From: a virus
Reading direction: 5' to 3' (one strand)
Virus record (IMG/VR): IMGVR_UViG_3300037424_000442
Coordinates: 1 to 54,328 of that record
Length of the DNA stretch: 54,328 nucleotides
In this document: in pieces, positions 41,224 through 51,128 of the stretch
How the letters are laid out: each line of letters opens with the position of its first letter
Position numbering within the stretch: position 1 is the stretch's first letter
The notes under the pieces: generated by a model
What the model saw: the letters and a program-made list of their open reading frames with translations, nothing else
What the model was told of the DNA's origin: nothing
Database searches by the model: none
Translations under genes and position numbers: made by a program

Positions 41224-42323
41224 TATTCCCCCTCTAATATAATATTGCTACCATCATCTAATTCATCCTCCATAAAAGAGAACTCTATATCTCTTAACGC
41301 TCTTGTAGACATGAAAGTCGTTAAGAACGATTCTTCTATCGTTATGTCATATACGAACTCAAATTCGTATCCATGCGCATAATAAGCCCGATTATACCCA
41401 GCTTGACTATGGCTTTTTAAGCTCGCTGTATAATTAGACTTATCAAACGTATCAAATGTTTTACCCTCTAAGCAATTAAGTATCGCTGTATATATCGTTG
41501 TCCATGCCTCAGTAACCGCATTACTCCCGCCTATATCATTCTTTGTATTCCAAAAAACAACAATGTCAAAAGTATTTATTAGCTTCTTTTGTAGTTCGTT
41601 AGTTGGAGTATTCAAGGCGTATGAATCTGATTCCACATTCTGATCTTTACTCGTTATACAATCACCCATAATGACATATAGATATAGGTCATTAGTTGTT
41701 TGCTTAATGTATTTTTCTTCAACCCTATCAAAGCTCGCTGCTATATCCATTCTAAAACCATAAGATAAATATATCTGCGGTACTGCTTTTATATCAAACG
41801 TAGGTTTACCTGTAAGCGTAATATCAAACGTAGTTGCCGTTACATTGCTTATAGTATAAGTCCCATTTAATCCGGCTTCCCATATCTGTCTCATCACCTC
41901 ATTAGTATTTAATGTTGGTAAAGTCGCATAAGCTATTTCAAATGTATTTTTACTTGGCACTCCGTACAATTCATGGTATCCATTTAATCCGCTGTCAGAA
42001 AAACCTCTTAACTCCACTCCATCGGGAATATTATCATCATACCTTAAAGTCAAATCATGCTCTTGATTCGTTGTAAATCTCAATACATGAGTGTCATCGT
42101 CATCATACTCGCTAACAGAGGCAATTCCATTATCTATTTTAGTGTTTATGATAGATACCGTTTCGCCAGTTACCCTTCCATGACTAGCAAGCGTTACTCT
42201 TAGTGTCTGTGGGCTTCCTGTAATTATCAACCCACTACAAGCAACATTAGTACAAAACCTATCGGTTAATCTGGGTAAATAAGTTTGTAAATGCCTTAAA
42301 ACCGCTAACGGTGAAAACATCAT
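41223..42323 (-). CDS. virion structural protein of unknown function (366 aa)
   Basis: Position between the head-completion genes and the sheath gene. Confidence 0.45.
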   Translation of the reverse strand: MMFSPLAVLRHLQTYLPRLTDRFCTNVACSGLIITGSPQTLRVTLASHGRVTGETVSIINTKIDNGIASVSEYDDDDTHVLRFTTNQEHDLTLRYDDNIPDGVELRGFSDSGLNGYHELYGVPSKNTFEIAYATLPTLNTNEVMRQIWEAGLNGTYTISNVTATTFDITLTGKPTFDIKAVPQIYLSYGFRMDIAASFDRVEEKYIKQTTNDLYLYVIMGDCITSKDQNVESDSYALNTPTNELQKKLINTFDIVVFWNTKNDIGGSNAVTEAWTTIYTAILNCLEGKTFDTFDKSNYTASLKSHSQAGYNRAYYAHGYEFEFVYDITIEESFLTTFMSTRALRDIEFSFMEDELDDGSNIILEGE

Positions 42324-42763
42324 AATTTACACCTCAATAATTCCCCGTATAATAACGGCTCTAGCCTAATTATAGTTTTTTCAAACCACGCTCTCACTGC
42401 CATTTTTTTAGTACCCTCTTCTAAATATGATGGATATGGCTTGCCTTTATTAAACGCCGTATTAAATACTGCTAATTCCTTGCTTCTCGCCGTATAAGCG
42501 TTACTGTTTGCCAATTTACCCGATCTATTCGCCGGCGGTTCACCCGGAGCAGATGCTTGATAAACCCTTCCGTTATAAGTATACATTCTACCACTTCTTT
42601 TACCGCCTATTATAAGTCTCTGCAATGCGTCCGTTACTTTTTTGCCATGACTTGAAAAAGCACTTTTAATATGCTTGTCATGTATTATAAGTATCCGTTT
42701 AGTTGCTATTTCTTCAACGTACCTTTCACCTTTATATGCTGCCATATCACGCCCACGTTGCAT
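42320..42763 (-). CDS. HK97 gp10-like tail/neck component
   Basis: APGEPPANRSGKLANS ... YPSYLEEGTKKMAVRAWF matches the gp10 family pattern (G.PP..TG.L..S ... YA..lE.Gt....rPf). An alternative start lies at 42745. Confidence 0.55.
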   Translation of the reverse strand: MQRGRDMAAYKGERYVEEIATKRILIIHDKHIKSAFSSHGKKVTDALQRLIIGGKRSGRMYTYNGRVYQASAPGEPPANRSGKLANSNAYTARSKELAVFNTAFNKGKPYPSYLEEGTKKMAVRAWFEKTIIRLEPLLYGELLRCKL

Positions 42764-43163
42764 AATTTTCTGAGAATCCCTTGTCTACAAGATATAATAG
42801 TAGCCATTGATTACTCTCATCGTATATTTCTATTTTATCAAGTTTAAATATTCGCTCTTTACTCCCCTCTAATTTTACATACAGGCTATTTAAGTCAAGC
42901 TCATATATATCTTGCTCATACGGTATATACCAAATATGGCTTGATATCGGAGTTATTGTTACACCGTCAAATCTTACGGTCGGTCTTGTTACTTCTAATA
43001 ATCCAAAATAACTTCTTATCGTAGTCAATGTAGGCGTTGCCTGCGTACTCTCAAATCCAGTCGTCCCTGCGGTTGCCTTGACAATAGTCATATAGTCTGT
43101 CATTGCACCTGCACAGATTATTTTCTTACTATATTTTGTTTTTATCAAGCTCACATTATCCAC
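42747..43163 (-). CDS. head-tail adaptor / head closure protein
   Basis: 138 aa; position in the connector gene block. Confidence 0.45.
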   Translation of the reverse strand: MDNVSLIKTKYSKKIICAGAMTDYMTIVKATAGTTGFESTQATPTLTTIRSYFGLLEVTRPTVRFDGVTITPISSHIWYIPYEQDIYELDLNSLYVKLEGSKERIFKLDKIEIYDESNQWLLLYLVDKGFSENYATWA

Positions 43164-43836
43164 CTAATTGAGTGAATCCAAGTCTATACTTATCCAGTAT
43201 CATCTTTGCATTGCATGGTACTGAGACCCCATTAATTTCACATGGAGAATCACAATCACCTCTATTTGTGTAGAAATAAGCTGCAATCATCTTAATTGCT
43301 AATTTCAAAGAGCGTGGGATTATCAAATGTTCGAGAGTTGCGTCGGCTTCCCATCCTGCCGTAAACGTAACCCTTATTTTATACGCATAATCCCTTGTAT
43401 CAAAATCGGGTTCAGTTACAAAATATAACGTTGCCCATTTATTCCTTGTCTTTATTTCAGTTGTATTTTCATACAATCCGTCAATGGTTTTTACACCTCT
43501 TGAAAACTCAGTCCAACCGCCACTTGAGTTTAGATATTCAATCTTTGTAATATTATCTAAATCTAATATTGGTGATCTCTCAAGTTCCAATCCTAAATCA
43601 CAAATTAAGTCTAAGCTATCAACATCAAAATAAGCCTCATAGATTGTCTCTCTTATTGATAGCCATGTGTATTCCTCTACAATTTCTACAGCCGACTCTA
43701 TCAACTCAGTTAATAACGTTGTATGTGCAGTAATAGCAGAGGAAGAGAGATTAAGCCATGTCCCCATCTCAGAAACACTTACCACTAAGGTATCTTCTAT
43801 ATCTGTTTTTTCTATATATGACGGACTTATGACCAT
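43156..43836 (-). CDS. head-tail connector protein (gp6-like N-terminal region)
   Basis: TTLLTELIESAVEIVEEYTWLSIRETIYEAYFD resembles the gp6-like connector motif. Longer than typical at 226 aa. Confidence 0.45.
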   Translation of the reverse strand: MVISPSYIEKTDIEDTLVVSVSEMGTWLNLSSSAITAHTTLLTELIESAVEIVEEYTWLSIRETIYEAYFDVDSLDLICDLGLELERSPILDLDNITKIEYLNSSGGWTEFSRGVKTIDGLYENTTEIKTRNKWATLYFVTEPDFDTRDYAYKIRVTFTAGWEADATLEHLIIPRSLKLAIKMIAAYFYTNRGDCDSPCEINGVSVPCNAKMILDKYRLGFTQLGG

Positions 43837-43863
43837 CTCTCAAACCTCTTTTATTTCAAGGAG

Positions 43864-44355
43864 TTAACTTGTTCTCTTAGGATGCGTTACGATAACATCG
43901 CTAGTTGTTCCCGGAACGTTTATTTCACTTGTGGCTAACACAGACGATTGAACTTGGCCCGGAGAACTTAATGCGTCATTCAATTCATAAGTTGCATGAC
44001 ATACTAAATCTACCGTTCCGGCAGTTGCTGTTGTAATCCTTAACCTTACATATCTCTTTTTAGAAATACACCCAACTCTAATAACACCTGTTGCCGTTAC
44101 GTTAAACTGAGTATCGTAAATTAACAGTTGGCTATCATCAAGAGTTGAAGCATCTGATAAATCAGACTCATCACCTTCTTGAAATGTTACCGCCGTTATG
44201 TAACCCTGAGTTACCGCAGTTACAACTACAGCACAGACCAATGAGTTATAACCCTTTGTATCAATTATTGATCCGCTTGTAGTGGTCGCAGTAACAATGT
44301 TTGTGCTGGCAAGAGCTACTCCACTTTTACCAGTTGAAAATTTATCATTATCCAT
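43864..44355 (-). CDS. hypothetical head-associated protein (163 aa)
   Basis: Immediately downstream of the major capsid gene; rich in T, S and V. Confidence 0.45.
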   Translation of the reverse strand: MDNDKFSTGKSGVALASTNIVTATTTSGSIIDTKGYNSLVCAVVVTAVTQGYITAVTFQEGDESDLSDASTLDDSQLLIYDTQFNVTATGVIRVGCISKKRYVRLRITTATAGTVDLVCHATYELNDALSSPGQVQSSVLATSEINVPGTTSDVIVTHPKRTS

Positions 44356-44366
44356 TCCTTACCCCC

Positions 44367-45722
44367 TTATGCGTGTAGTTGTAAAATAATTCCTGCTTCT
44401 TTCATAACAGGCTGCCCGTGATTCCAAGCCATCAAGGTAAACTCAACAATAGCTTTCTTCTTTTGTGTAAGTTCATCCCTAATGACGATTATATCGGTTC
44501 TATCTGTAATTGAGTAGAACTCTCTCATATCTGCAAAAAGAATCGGCTTACCTGTGGCTGTGTCGTAATCGTCCATATCTATCATATCTGCTGAATATGG
44601 ATAGCCGTTAATGGTTGCAGGCGCACCGCTTGCAGCATCACCAAAAGCAGGATTCCAAAGATATCTGCCTACATCGTCTTGAAGTGTTCTAAGATACGCA
44701 AGAGTTCTTCTATTGAAGAAATACATCGGATTATACCCACGTTTTAACTCGCCTGTAATACCAATAAGATCATTAAAATCTAAAATGCTTGTTGCGGATG
44801 TATAAATAGGCACGTCTGAATCTTGAGTAAATCCAAGCGGTTCTTTAATGCCGTTACCTTCAATAAACTTTTCACCTTCTTTTTGTGCAAACGATTTTCT
44901 TGCAGTATTCATAATTCTTGATGAAATGTTATAGCTTGAATTATTAAGCATATCCCAAGTTATCGGCACGGTTACTGTTAGTCTATGAGGCGTAAGTGTT
45001 GTTGATGTATAATTTGGAGTTCCGTCATCGCCTTCTTCTGCTTCACCTTCATAACTTGCAGTCGGTACACCTTGTTCAATTGGCATTACAATAGATTTAC
45101 CAGATATACTCTCTACGTTTGCATATCGTCTTACTGCCGAATACTCAACAATTTGTTCTCTTAATCTATTAGACCATGACTGTTGAACTAAGTACCCGCC
45201 AAGCTCGCCGATATCAGTTCTTAATAGATCGTTTGCAGCTTTATATTGTAAAACGGAATTCTGGAAAGATTTAATTTCAGCTGGAGTGTCGTCTCCAAGA
45301 GATTTTAAAACAGTTCCCATCTCTTTCATATATATATCTGCATCCTGTGGGTGTTTTTCTGCAAACCCTGACCAATTCTTCTTAAAGATTGCGTTCATTA
45401 CAAAATGAGGGTCTTGTTTTTTCTCATCTTTGTTTCCTGCCATTGCACCGAGATTTTCAAGATGCTCAATTCTCTTTTTAAATTCAGTTTCTTCTTTTTC
45501 TTTTTCTTTAATTTGTGCTACTAAGTTTTCATGCTTCTCATCAAGAGATTTTAAGTCCTTATCAGCTTTTTCCATGTATGATTTGAACTCAGCAGATTCC
45601 GTTCCATATTTTTCTGCTACTGCACGAACTTTATTAACTATGTTAGCCATTTTTACGGCTTCGCCCTTTGTTAATGGTTCGCTAGATTTTGATTCATCAA
45701 TTTTGATATCATCTTCGTCCAT
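44367..45722 (-). CDS. major capsid protein, HK97 fold, with N-terminal coiled-coil delta domain
   Basis: 451 aa. GELGGYLVQQSWSNRLREQIVEYSAVRRYANV ... ASYEGEAEE matches the HK97-family MCP pattern. Follows the protease gene. Confidence 0.8.
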   Translation of the reverse strand: MDEDDIKIDESKSSEPLTKGEAVKMANIVNKVRAVAEKYGTESAEFKSYMEKADKDLKSLDEKHENLVAQIKEKEKEETEFKKRIEHLENLGAMAGNKDEKKQDPHFVMNAIFKKNWSGFAEKHPQDADIYMKEMGTVLKSLGDDTPAEIKSFQNSVLQYKAANDLLRTDIGELGGYLVQQSWSNRLREQIVEYSAVRRYANVESISGKSIVMPIEQGVPTASYEGEAEEGDDGTPNYTSTTLTPHRLTVTVPITWDMLNNSSYNISSRIMNTARKSFAQKEGEKFIEGNGIKEPLGFTQDSDVPIYTSATSILDFNDLIGITGELKRGYNPMYFFNRRTLAYLRTLQDDVGRYLWNPAFGDAASGAPATINGYPYSADMIDMDDYDTATGKPILFADMREFYSITDRTDIIVIRDELTQKKKAIVEFTLMAWNHGQPVMKEAGIILQLHA

Positions 45723-45731
45723 TTATATCTC

Positions 45732-46802
45732 CTATAATTTGTTAATTTTCGATTCAATTTTCTCTAAGCCTTTAAGAAAATAATCATCCTCGACCTCTTT
45801 TACTTCATTACCAAAGTTTAAGCTGTCTGCAATTTTCTTTTTCGCTTGACTCGATAGAATAATGTTATCATCGAATAGTTTCTCGTAATCTCGTTTTTCT
45901 AAACCCTCAAGGGTTTTTTTATCAATAAATGTATTGCCGTTAGATTTAAAAGGCTCTTCCCTATCCATCTTTCGATAATACATATTTATTTGTGATTTAA
46001 TTTTTTCTTTATTTGCATCTGATATGTCAACTCCACCCCTGCCCGATATAGCGCCTACTATTGCACTTAGTGCCTTTGGGATTGCCTTAAAACTTCCATC
46101 CATCCAATAAACAAATGGCATTTTATAACCAGTAAAATCATCTGTTTTTTCAGCATCATAATACATAAAGCAATTTTTATATGCCGAACTCGGTGCATCT
46201 GTGCTGTTAGTATGTTCTCTGATTTGTTTGACCGACTTTGCTTTATCCCAGCTTACATCGTCTGCAATTACATAATCTTTGAATGACGTTACGATCTTTG
46301 ATGCTTCATCTGTTTTAACTTCGTGATTTTGGAATGACTTAATCATTTCGATTCTTGCTTCCTCATTCATGGGATAAACGCACGGCGAAGTTTCTTTCAA
46401 CTGGCATCTTTTTAATCGCCTTATAGTTTTATCGTTTACAGTATCGTAACTAAATTCTTCTGGTTGATAGCCAACTGATAAACCGGTTATACTCCTTACT
46501 TTTATTTGAGGCATTATCCTACCTGTTACAAAGGTATCTTTTTTTGGCAAATACATTTTAACGAATAAATGGTCAGAGTACTCTTTAAACTCACCTCTAC
46601 CGATAGGCTCTAGTCTTTGATGAGACCACAATATAGGCCTCTCATTATTTTTGCTTATTAAATCTCCGCCAAAACAACCACTTTCAATTATATCATCCCC
46701 AAGATCAATATTGCCATATACTGCGGCTTTACCTTCCACAATATAGTTGTCATCATCTTCACTTGTTGCTTTTATCTCAAACGGAGCTATTGTATATTCC
46801 AT
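45732..46802 (-). CDS. prohead serine protease (HK97 family) with C-terminal extension
   Basis: VEGKAAVYGNIDLGDDIIESGCFG ... ILWSHQRLEPIG matches the HK97 protease N-terminal pattern. The C-terminal half of about 180 aa is charged and helical (scaffold-like). Confidence 0.7.
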   Translation of the reverse strand: MEYTIAPFEIKATSEDDDNYIVEGKAAVYGNIDLGDDIIESGCFGGDLISKNNERPILWSHQRLEPIGRGEFKEYSDHLFVKMYLPKKDTFVTGRIMPQIKVRSITGLSVGYQPEEFSYDTVNDKTIRRLKRCQLKETSPCVYPMNEEARIEMIKSFQNHEVKTDEASKIVTSFKDYVIADDVSWDKAKSVKQIREHTNSTDAPSSAYKNCFMYYDAEKTDDFTGYKMPFVYWMDGSFKAIPKALSAIVGAISGRGGVDISDANKEKIKSQINMYYRKMDREEPFKSNGNTFIDKKTLEGLEKRDYEKLFDDNIILSSQAKKKIADSLNFGNEVKEVEDDYFLKGLEKIESKINKL

Positions 46803-46821
46803 CTTTACCCCCCCCCTATAA

Positions 46822-47277
46822 TTAATTCAAACAGGCAAATTCTTTAAATATTTCTTTTGCTTTTTTATCATATTCTCTTTTAGCGTCTGATATATTATTA
46901 AAATATTTTTGAAAAACTTTTTTTCCGTTTGTTCTTATTACGGCTACATATTTATTAGTTTTTTTATTAAACCATAATCCTTTAACTCCCAAACTATTAT
47001 CTTTTCGTGTTTTTAAATTATAACAATTTTCTTGATGAGTACATATTCTTAAATTACATCTTCTGTTGTCTAAAGTATTATGATTTATATGATCCACTTC
47101 TTCATTTAGATTAGGGATCATTATTGTCCTTGCAAAACTTATATTTTTATTTTTCTTCTTTGCAATGATTCTTTTATAACCACTTTTATTTATATAAACA
47201 TACCATTTATAATCTTTGACCAAATCATAATCTTTATCGTCAATTAAAACTTTATACCCTGATATATTTAATATCAT
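46822..47277 (-). CDS. HNH endonuclease with AP2-like DNA-binding domain (homing endonuclease)
   Basis: EVDHINHNTLDNRRCNLRICTHQEN (HNH). GVKGLWFNKKTNKYVAVIRTNGKKVFQKYFNNISDAKREYDKKAKE (AP2-like). AT-rich insert between structural genes. Confidence 0.8.
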   Translation of the reverse strand: MILNISGYKVLIDDKDYDLVKDYKWYVYINKSGYKRIIAKKKNKNISFARTIMIPNLNEEVDHINHNTLDNRRCNLRICTHQENCYNLKTRKDNSLGVKGLWFNKKTNKYVAVIRTNGKKVFQKYFNNISDAKREYDKKAKEIFKEFACLN

Positions 47278-47300
47278 TGTTTCTCCTTAAAACAAAAAAA

Positions 47301-47341
47301 AGGCTTGTTATTTGATAGTTCCCCTATCAAATAACAAGCCT
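47301..47341 (-). terminator. strong intrinsic terminator (perfect 18-bp stem)
   Basis: aggcttgttatttgatag, loop ttccc, then ctatcaaataacaagcct. The minus strand is followed by TTTTTTTGTT. A-run and T-run flanks make it potentially bidirectional. Confidence 0.75.
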
Positions 47342-47373
47342 TTTCATCGTCTATTGTTATTCTAAATTAAATA

Positions 47374-47529
47374 CTATAAATTATGTTCTGTCTTAACCGT
47401 ATAATTATCACGGGCTTCGTTGCCGTCAATTGTAACTTTTATACTGTTTACGTTAAGACCTTTTTCCCTCAACTCCCATACTAATTTCTTAGTAATGTTT
47501 ATATATTTATCTTCAATCTCTTTTAGCAT
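47374..47529 (-). CDS. possible small protein (51 aa)
   Basis: ATG at 47529 with only a weak SD. Translation MLKEIEDKYINITKKLVWELREKGLNVNSIKVTIDGNEARDNYTVKTEHNL. The ATG overlaps a -10-like hexamer, so the region may instead be a small RNA. Confidence 0.3.
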   Translation of the reverse strand: MLKEIEDKYINITKKLVWELREKGLNVNSIKVTIDGNEARDNYTVKTEHNL

Positions 47530-47556
47530 TTTACAACCATTATGACATTAAGTCAA
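47528..47556 (-). promoter_or_regulatory. sigma70-like promoter candidate
   Basis: Minus strand reads TTGACT, a 17-nt spacer, then TAAAAT, directly after the MuF-like gene stop. Confidence 0.4.
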
Positions 47557-47564
47557 CAATTATT

Positions 47565-48524
47565 TTATAAATACACTACACTACATCTACAATATACAAT
47601 ATTTTTTGCACTTCCATTCGGATCACCCGGATATTGTAACATTTCACCCATTACCATAAAAGCCATTGTTACCGCCACAGTTTGTCCGTTAGCTTCTTGA
47701 TGCCACCGACGTACTTTTAAATCACCCATAGTAAGCCATTGCTTCATGGCAAGAGCAATTAAAGCAAATAACACTCTATTATCCTGTCTAGGCTTTTCCA
47801 AGCTATCGGCAATCTGCATGTGAGTATAAGACTCGGTTAAATCTGCAATTTCTCTTGCTCTTGAGCGGTTACCCTCGACGATTACATCCGTCAATTCATT
47901 ATTTGCATTTTGCACTAACGAAGCCCTTAACGCTTCATACATACCTTGAGTTTCAGTCGTTGCGATGCCTTGTATTCTACCCTGCACTCGATTTAAAAAA
48001 ATCTTAGCTGCAATCATGTATAATACAGCTTGGCTCGGACTGAAATTCCCCTCATTAGCAAGTTGTTCTCTTGCCATGTTTACGGAATTTTCTATTTCTT
48101 CATTAGTCGTTCCGTCTATTATTCCGGACTGCTTTTTTATTTTACTTTCGATAAGCATTTTTACCGTATCATCAAGGCTTTGCTGTTTTATCTCTTTACC
48201 TACAATCTTCTTAGCGACATTCATGTAATGAACTTCAAGACAAGGCTGTATTGTCAATATATTAGGCTCTTTTTTTTTGATTAAAGCCATTTGCTTTTTA
48301 AAGTATTGCTTTAACTCAGGAATAAACGCTCTTTCGAGTTCCAACTTTTGCCTTAAATGTTTAACGCCTTGCTGTGCAATAAAATCACGCTTACTAACAA
48401 CCCTTTTTATTTCATTATGTCTAAGAGCTTCAATTACAAAGTCATAATCTTTTAATGACTTTGGATTGACTTCTATATTTATAAGATTATCAAAGTTGTA
48501 ATCTTTTATTTCATATTTAATCAT
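47565..48524 (-). CDS. head morphogenesis protein (SPP1 gp7 / Mu F-like)
   Basis: C-terminal region MGDLKVRRWHQEANGQTV ... YPGDPNGSAKNIVYCRCS fits the MuF-like motif (D.rvR..H...dG). Position after the portal gene. Confidence 0.6.
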   Translation of the reverse strand: MIKYEIKDYNFDNLINIEVNPKSLKDYDFVIEALRHNEIKRVVSKRDFIAQQGVKHLRQKLELERAFIPELKQYFKKQMALIKKKEPNILTIQPCLEVHYMNVAKKIVGKEIKQQSLDDTVKMLIESKIKKQSGIIDGTTNEEIENSVNMAREQLANEGNFSPSQAVLYMIAAKIFLNRVQGRIQGIATTETQGMYEALRASLVQNANNELTDVIVEGNRSRAREIADLTESYTHMQIADSLEKPRQDNRVLFALIALAMKQWLTMGDLKVRRWHQEANGQTVAVTMAFMVMGEMLQYPGDPNGSAKNIVYCRCSVVYL

Positions 48525-48783
48525 CTAGATCATTTATTAAATTATCAATATTCTCTTTTAAATAATGTGTTACTTTTTTATAGCCTTCATCAATTGATTT
48601 TTCATCAAAGCCTCTAAATTTAACACGGGCAGGGTAGACTTCTTTAATAATTCCATCGTCTGTATTTTTTTCGTAGCTTTCAAAATCAATTACTATTGCC
48701 CACCCAAAAACATGAAGTATTTGATTTATAAAAAACAACAATCCTGATTTTCTAAATTCTCGCCATGTTTTCTTCTCAACCAT
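48517..48783 (-). CDS. hypothetical protein (88 aa)
   Basis: Co-oriented ORF between the portal and MuF-like genes. Confidence 0.55.
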   Translation of the reverse strand: MVEKKTWREFRKSGLLFFINQILHVFGWAIVIDFESYEKNTDDGIIKEVYPARVKFRGFDEKSIDEGYKKVTHYLKENIDNLINDLDD

Positions 48784-48785
48784 AA

Positions 48786-50057
48786 CTAGCTCCTTCTGTT
48801 GTCATCTGTATAGGTATCTTCTCCAATCGGTGTAAGCATTGCCGGTTTATAGATGGCGTCCCCGCCTTCATAGGCCTCATATCCTGCCTCAGTTCTAATT
48901 TCATTATCGCTGAATACATTTGATTGAGCCATCGACTTGGCTCTCTCCATCATTCTTTCTTTCAACGCCGATATATCACGTTCATCAATCGACATTACAA
49001 ATCTATCGCCGTCTTTATAACGAGGTAATATAAATCTGCCCATCTCACCAAATAAATACTTACCAACTGGCATTACTGCAAAGTCATAAAAAGCTAATAC
49101 TGAATTTGCATAATTATTAAGTGTCATTGTCTTAGTTACAACTAATGGCAAAGGTATTTTATATTGTCCGTATATTTCAACTCGGCTTGATTCAATTAGA
49201 TTGACAAAATCCATGTCTCTTGGATTAAGTAAAAAATTCTCATATTTTATCGGCTGTGGAGCAACTACATCTTTGCCTGCGCTATATGCCCCTTGAAAAT
49301 TAGCGACTTCTTCTTTAAACTTTTCGTATTGATCTTGACTTAGACTAGCGTTTGCAGGACTCCATAGACCGCCCGGGCGCGAGGCGTTCTTTAACAGTCC
49401 TGTATTGTGAATATTCCCGTAATATTTTGTCATTGCTTGATAATATATACGCTCTAGCTTAGACTGACCTCTATTGCCGTAATTTCTGCTAGACCCTTTT
49501 ATCATTATCGTCTCTGCGAGATCGTTTTCTCTTTGATAGACAAGCATACCGCGCTTATAATTGGTCTCGCGTTTATATGTTCCCATATCATTTAATGCTG
49601 AAAAAATAATGTCAAGTATATATCCGTCCTCACCATCAACAGGTGAAGCATTACAAGCATAAACTTGATACATTCCTGAAGGCTCATAATTTACATTGCC
49701 TGTTAGAACAGGGTAACATTCACCGCTCGCCAAGAACGAAACGGCAAGTTCTCTCTTTAGCCTGCCTCCAGACGCTCCAAATTGTGGAATCTCAATCAAG
49801 TCAATAGCGGGATGATCTTGTGTTATCTCTTTAGTTTTTTTATCTATTAAAACAGGTCTAATTTGTGCAAAGTCGTCTGCAATACGGTCAATCGCATCAC
49901 CGACGCTATCGCTCTTTGCCCATAGCCAAAAAGCAGTTTGAGGCGACAACCCAGTATCAAACATTTGTCTTAGATCGGCTATTGCTACTCTTGCCTCAGT
50001 AGAACTTGTTTTTTTCTCATATCCAGCCCATGAGGCAACTTTATCTAATATTTTCAT
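48786..50057 (-). CDS. portal protein (HK97 family-like)
   Basis: 423 aa; position downstream of TerL and upstream of the MuF-like protein, protease and MCP. Confidence 0.75.
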   Translation of the reverse strand: MKILDKVASWAGYEKKTSSTEARVAIADLRQMFDTGLSPQTAFWLWAKSDSVGDAIDRIADDFAQIRPVLIDKKTKEITQDHPAIDLIEIPQFGASGGRLKRELAVSFLASGECYPVLTGNVNYEPSGMYQVYACNASPVDGEDGYILDIIFSALNDMGTYKRETNYKRGMLVYQRENDLAETIMIKGSSRNYGNRGQSKLERIYYQAMTKYYGNIHNTGLLKNASRPGGLWSPANASLSQDQYEKFKEEVANFQGAYSAGKDVVAPQPIKYENFLLNPRDMDFVNLIESSRVEIYGQYKIPLPLVVTKTMTLNNYANSVLAFYDFAVMPVGKYLFGEMGRFILPRYKDGDRFVMSIDERDISALKERMMERAKSMAQSNVFSDNEIRTEAGYEAYEGGDAIYKPAMLTPIGEDTYTDDNRRS

Positions 50058-50082
50058 TTATTCACCTTATTTACTTAATAAA

Positions 50083-50101
50083 GCCCTCTAAACAAGAGGG
50101 C
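50083..50101 (-). terminator. intrinsic terminator-like hairpin
   Basis: Minus strand GCCCUC-UUGUUUA-GAGGGC followed by UUUAUU, between the beta-helix gene and the portal gene. Confidence 0.45.
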
Positions 50102-50117
50102 AATATAAAATAAATAA

Positions 50118-51065
50118 TTATAAAGTTGTACATTCACCGCCTGCGCCTGTTGCTGCTGCTGCCGGAGAGTTATTAAATATAATAGCTCTAGCATCGCTAC
50201 ACCATACTCCTGTATCTCCGTGTGTCAAATACGAACATTTATCAAGAACAATTTCGCCTTGAACAATTGCAGGTATGCTAAATACCTGTGTTTGTGAAAC
50301 GGCTCTATTGGTTGAATCTGTCATAAATAAACAATTCTGGAAAATTAAAGATCGATCTATTCCTGTACCATCTGCAATAGTAACACTTGCAAATCCTGCT
50401 GCTGAAATGTATGACTTAATTATACAATTTCTAAACGTGTTTCTAGTTGCTGCACTATCTAAAAGTATTTCAGTTGCGTCTGCGTCTCTTTCAATTGTAT
50501 CAAGACCGATAACACAATCTGTAAATAAGTTCTCTGCCCCTCCGTCAATCTTTAAAGATGCTGATCCAGCTGCGCTCTGTGTTGCATTGCCTATGCCTGC
50601 AAACTCACAATTTTTAAACCTATTCCTTATTCCTGATACAAGAACGTTCACAAGACTTGTCGCATCTGCTACGCCCTGATTGATTCTAATATTTGCAAAA
50701 ATGTTATTAGCCCCACTAACTGTTAATAGAGTTGCCCCTGTTAAAGTTGATAGCTGTGTAATTCTACAGCGCTTACCCTCTAATACATCTGCACAATAAC
50801 CGAGTAAATGCGTTGCATTCTTTGCCCATGTAAAGCCGGCTGTAAGCTCTTGCTTACTTGAATCGTTTTTGCCAATCCATACGATACAGTCATTTTTTTC
50901 TGTAGTACATGCTGCATAAGCTGCGGCTAAAGTCTTATATGGCTTTTGTAACGTGCCATCACCTGTCGTATATCCATCAACTGGATCAAGAAAAAATACA
51001 TTATTTGGAACTATGCCGTGCTGTTTTACGATATCCGCTGTAATAGCGTCTACTAATCTACCCAT
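50118..51065 (-). CDS. right-handed parallel beta-helix (pectate-lyase-fold) protein
   Basis: Repeated N.F.NC.I-type rungs: NIFANIRINQG, NRFKNCEFAG, NLFTDCVIGL, NTFRNCIIKS, LIFQNCLFMT. N-terminus has GDGTLQKPYKTLAAAYAAC. Confidence 0.65.
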   Translation of the reverse strand: MGRLVDAITADIVKQHGIVPNNVFFLDPVDGYTTGDGTLQKPYKTLAAAYAACTTEKNDCIVWIGKNDSSKQELTAGFTWAKNATHLLGYCADVLEGKRCRITQLSTLTGATLLTVSGANNIFANIRINQGVADATSLVNVLVSGIRNRFKNCEFAGIGNATQSAAGSASLKIDGGAENLFTDCVIGLDTIERDADATEILLDSAATRNTFRNCIIKSYISAAGFASVTIADGTGIDRSLIFQNCLFMTDSTNRAVSQTQVFSIPAIVQGEIVLDKCSYLTHGDTGVWCSDARAIIFNNSPAAAATGAGGECTTL

Positions 51066-51128
51066 TTTTTACCTACTTATTTTATTCGGATTTTTAAAGT
51101 GTATGTCAAACAAACTTACACTTTTTTT

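Noticed and set aside
51083-51120. Hairpin AAAGTGTA...TACACTTT followed by a T-run on the plus strand, between TerL and the beta-helix gene
   Set aside because: It is oriented as a terminator only for plus-strand transcription, which has no genes. On the minus strand it is followed by an A-run, so it is not called as a terminator.
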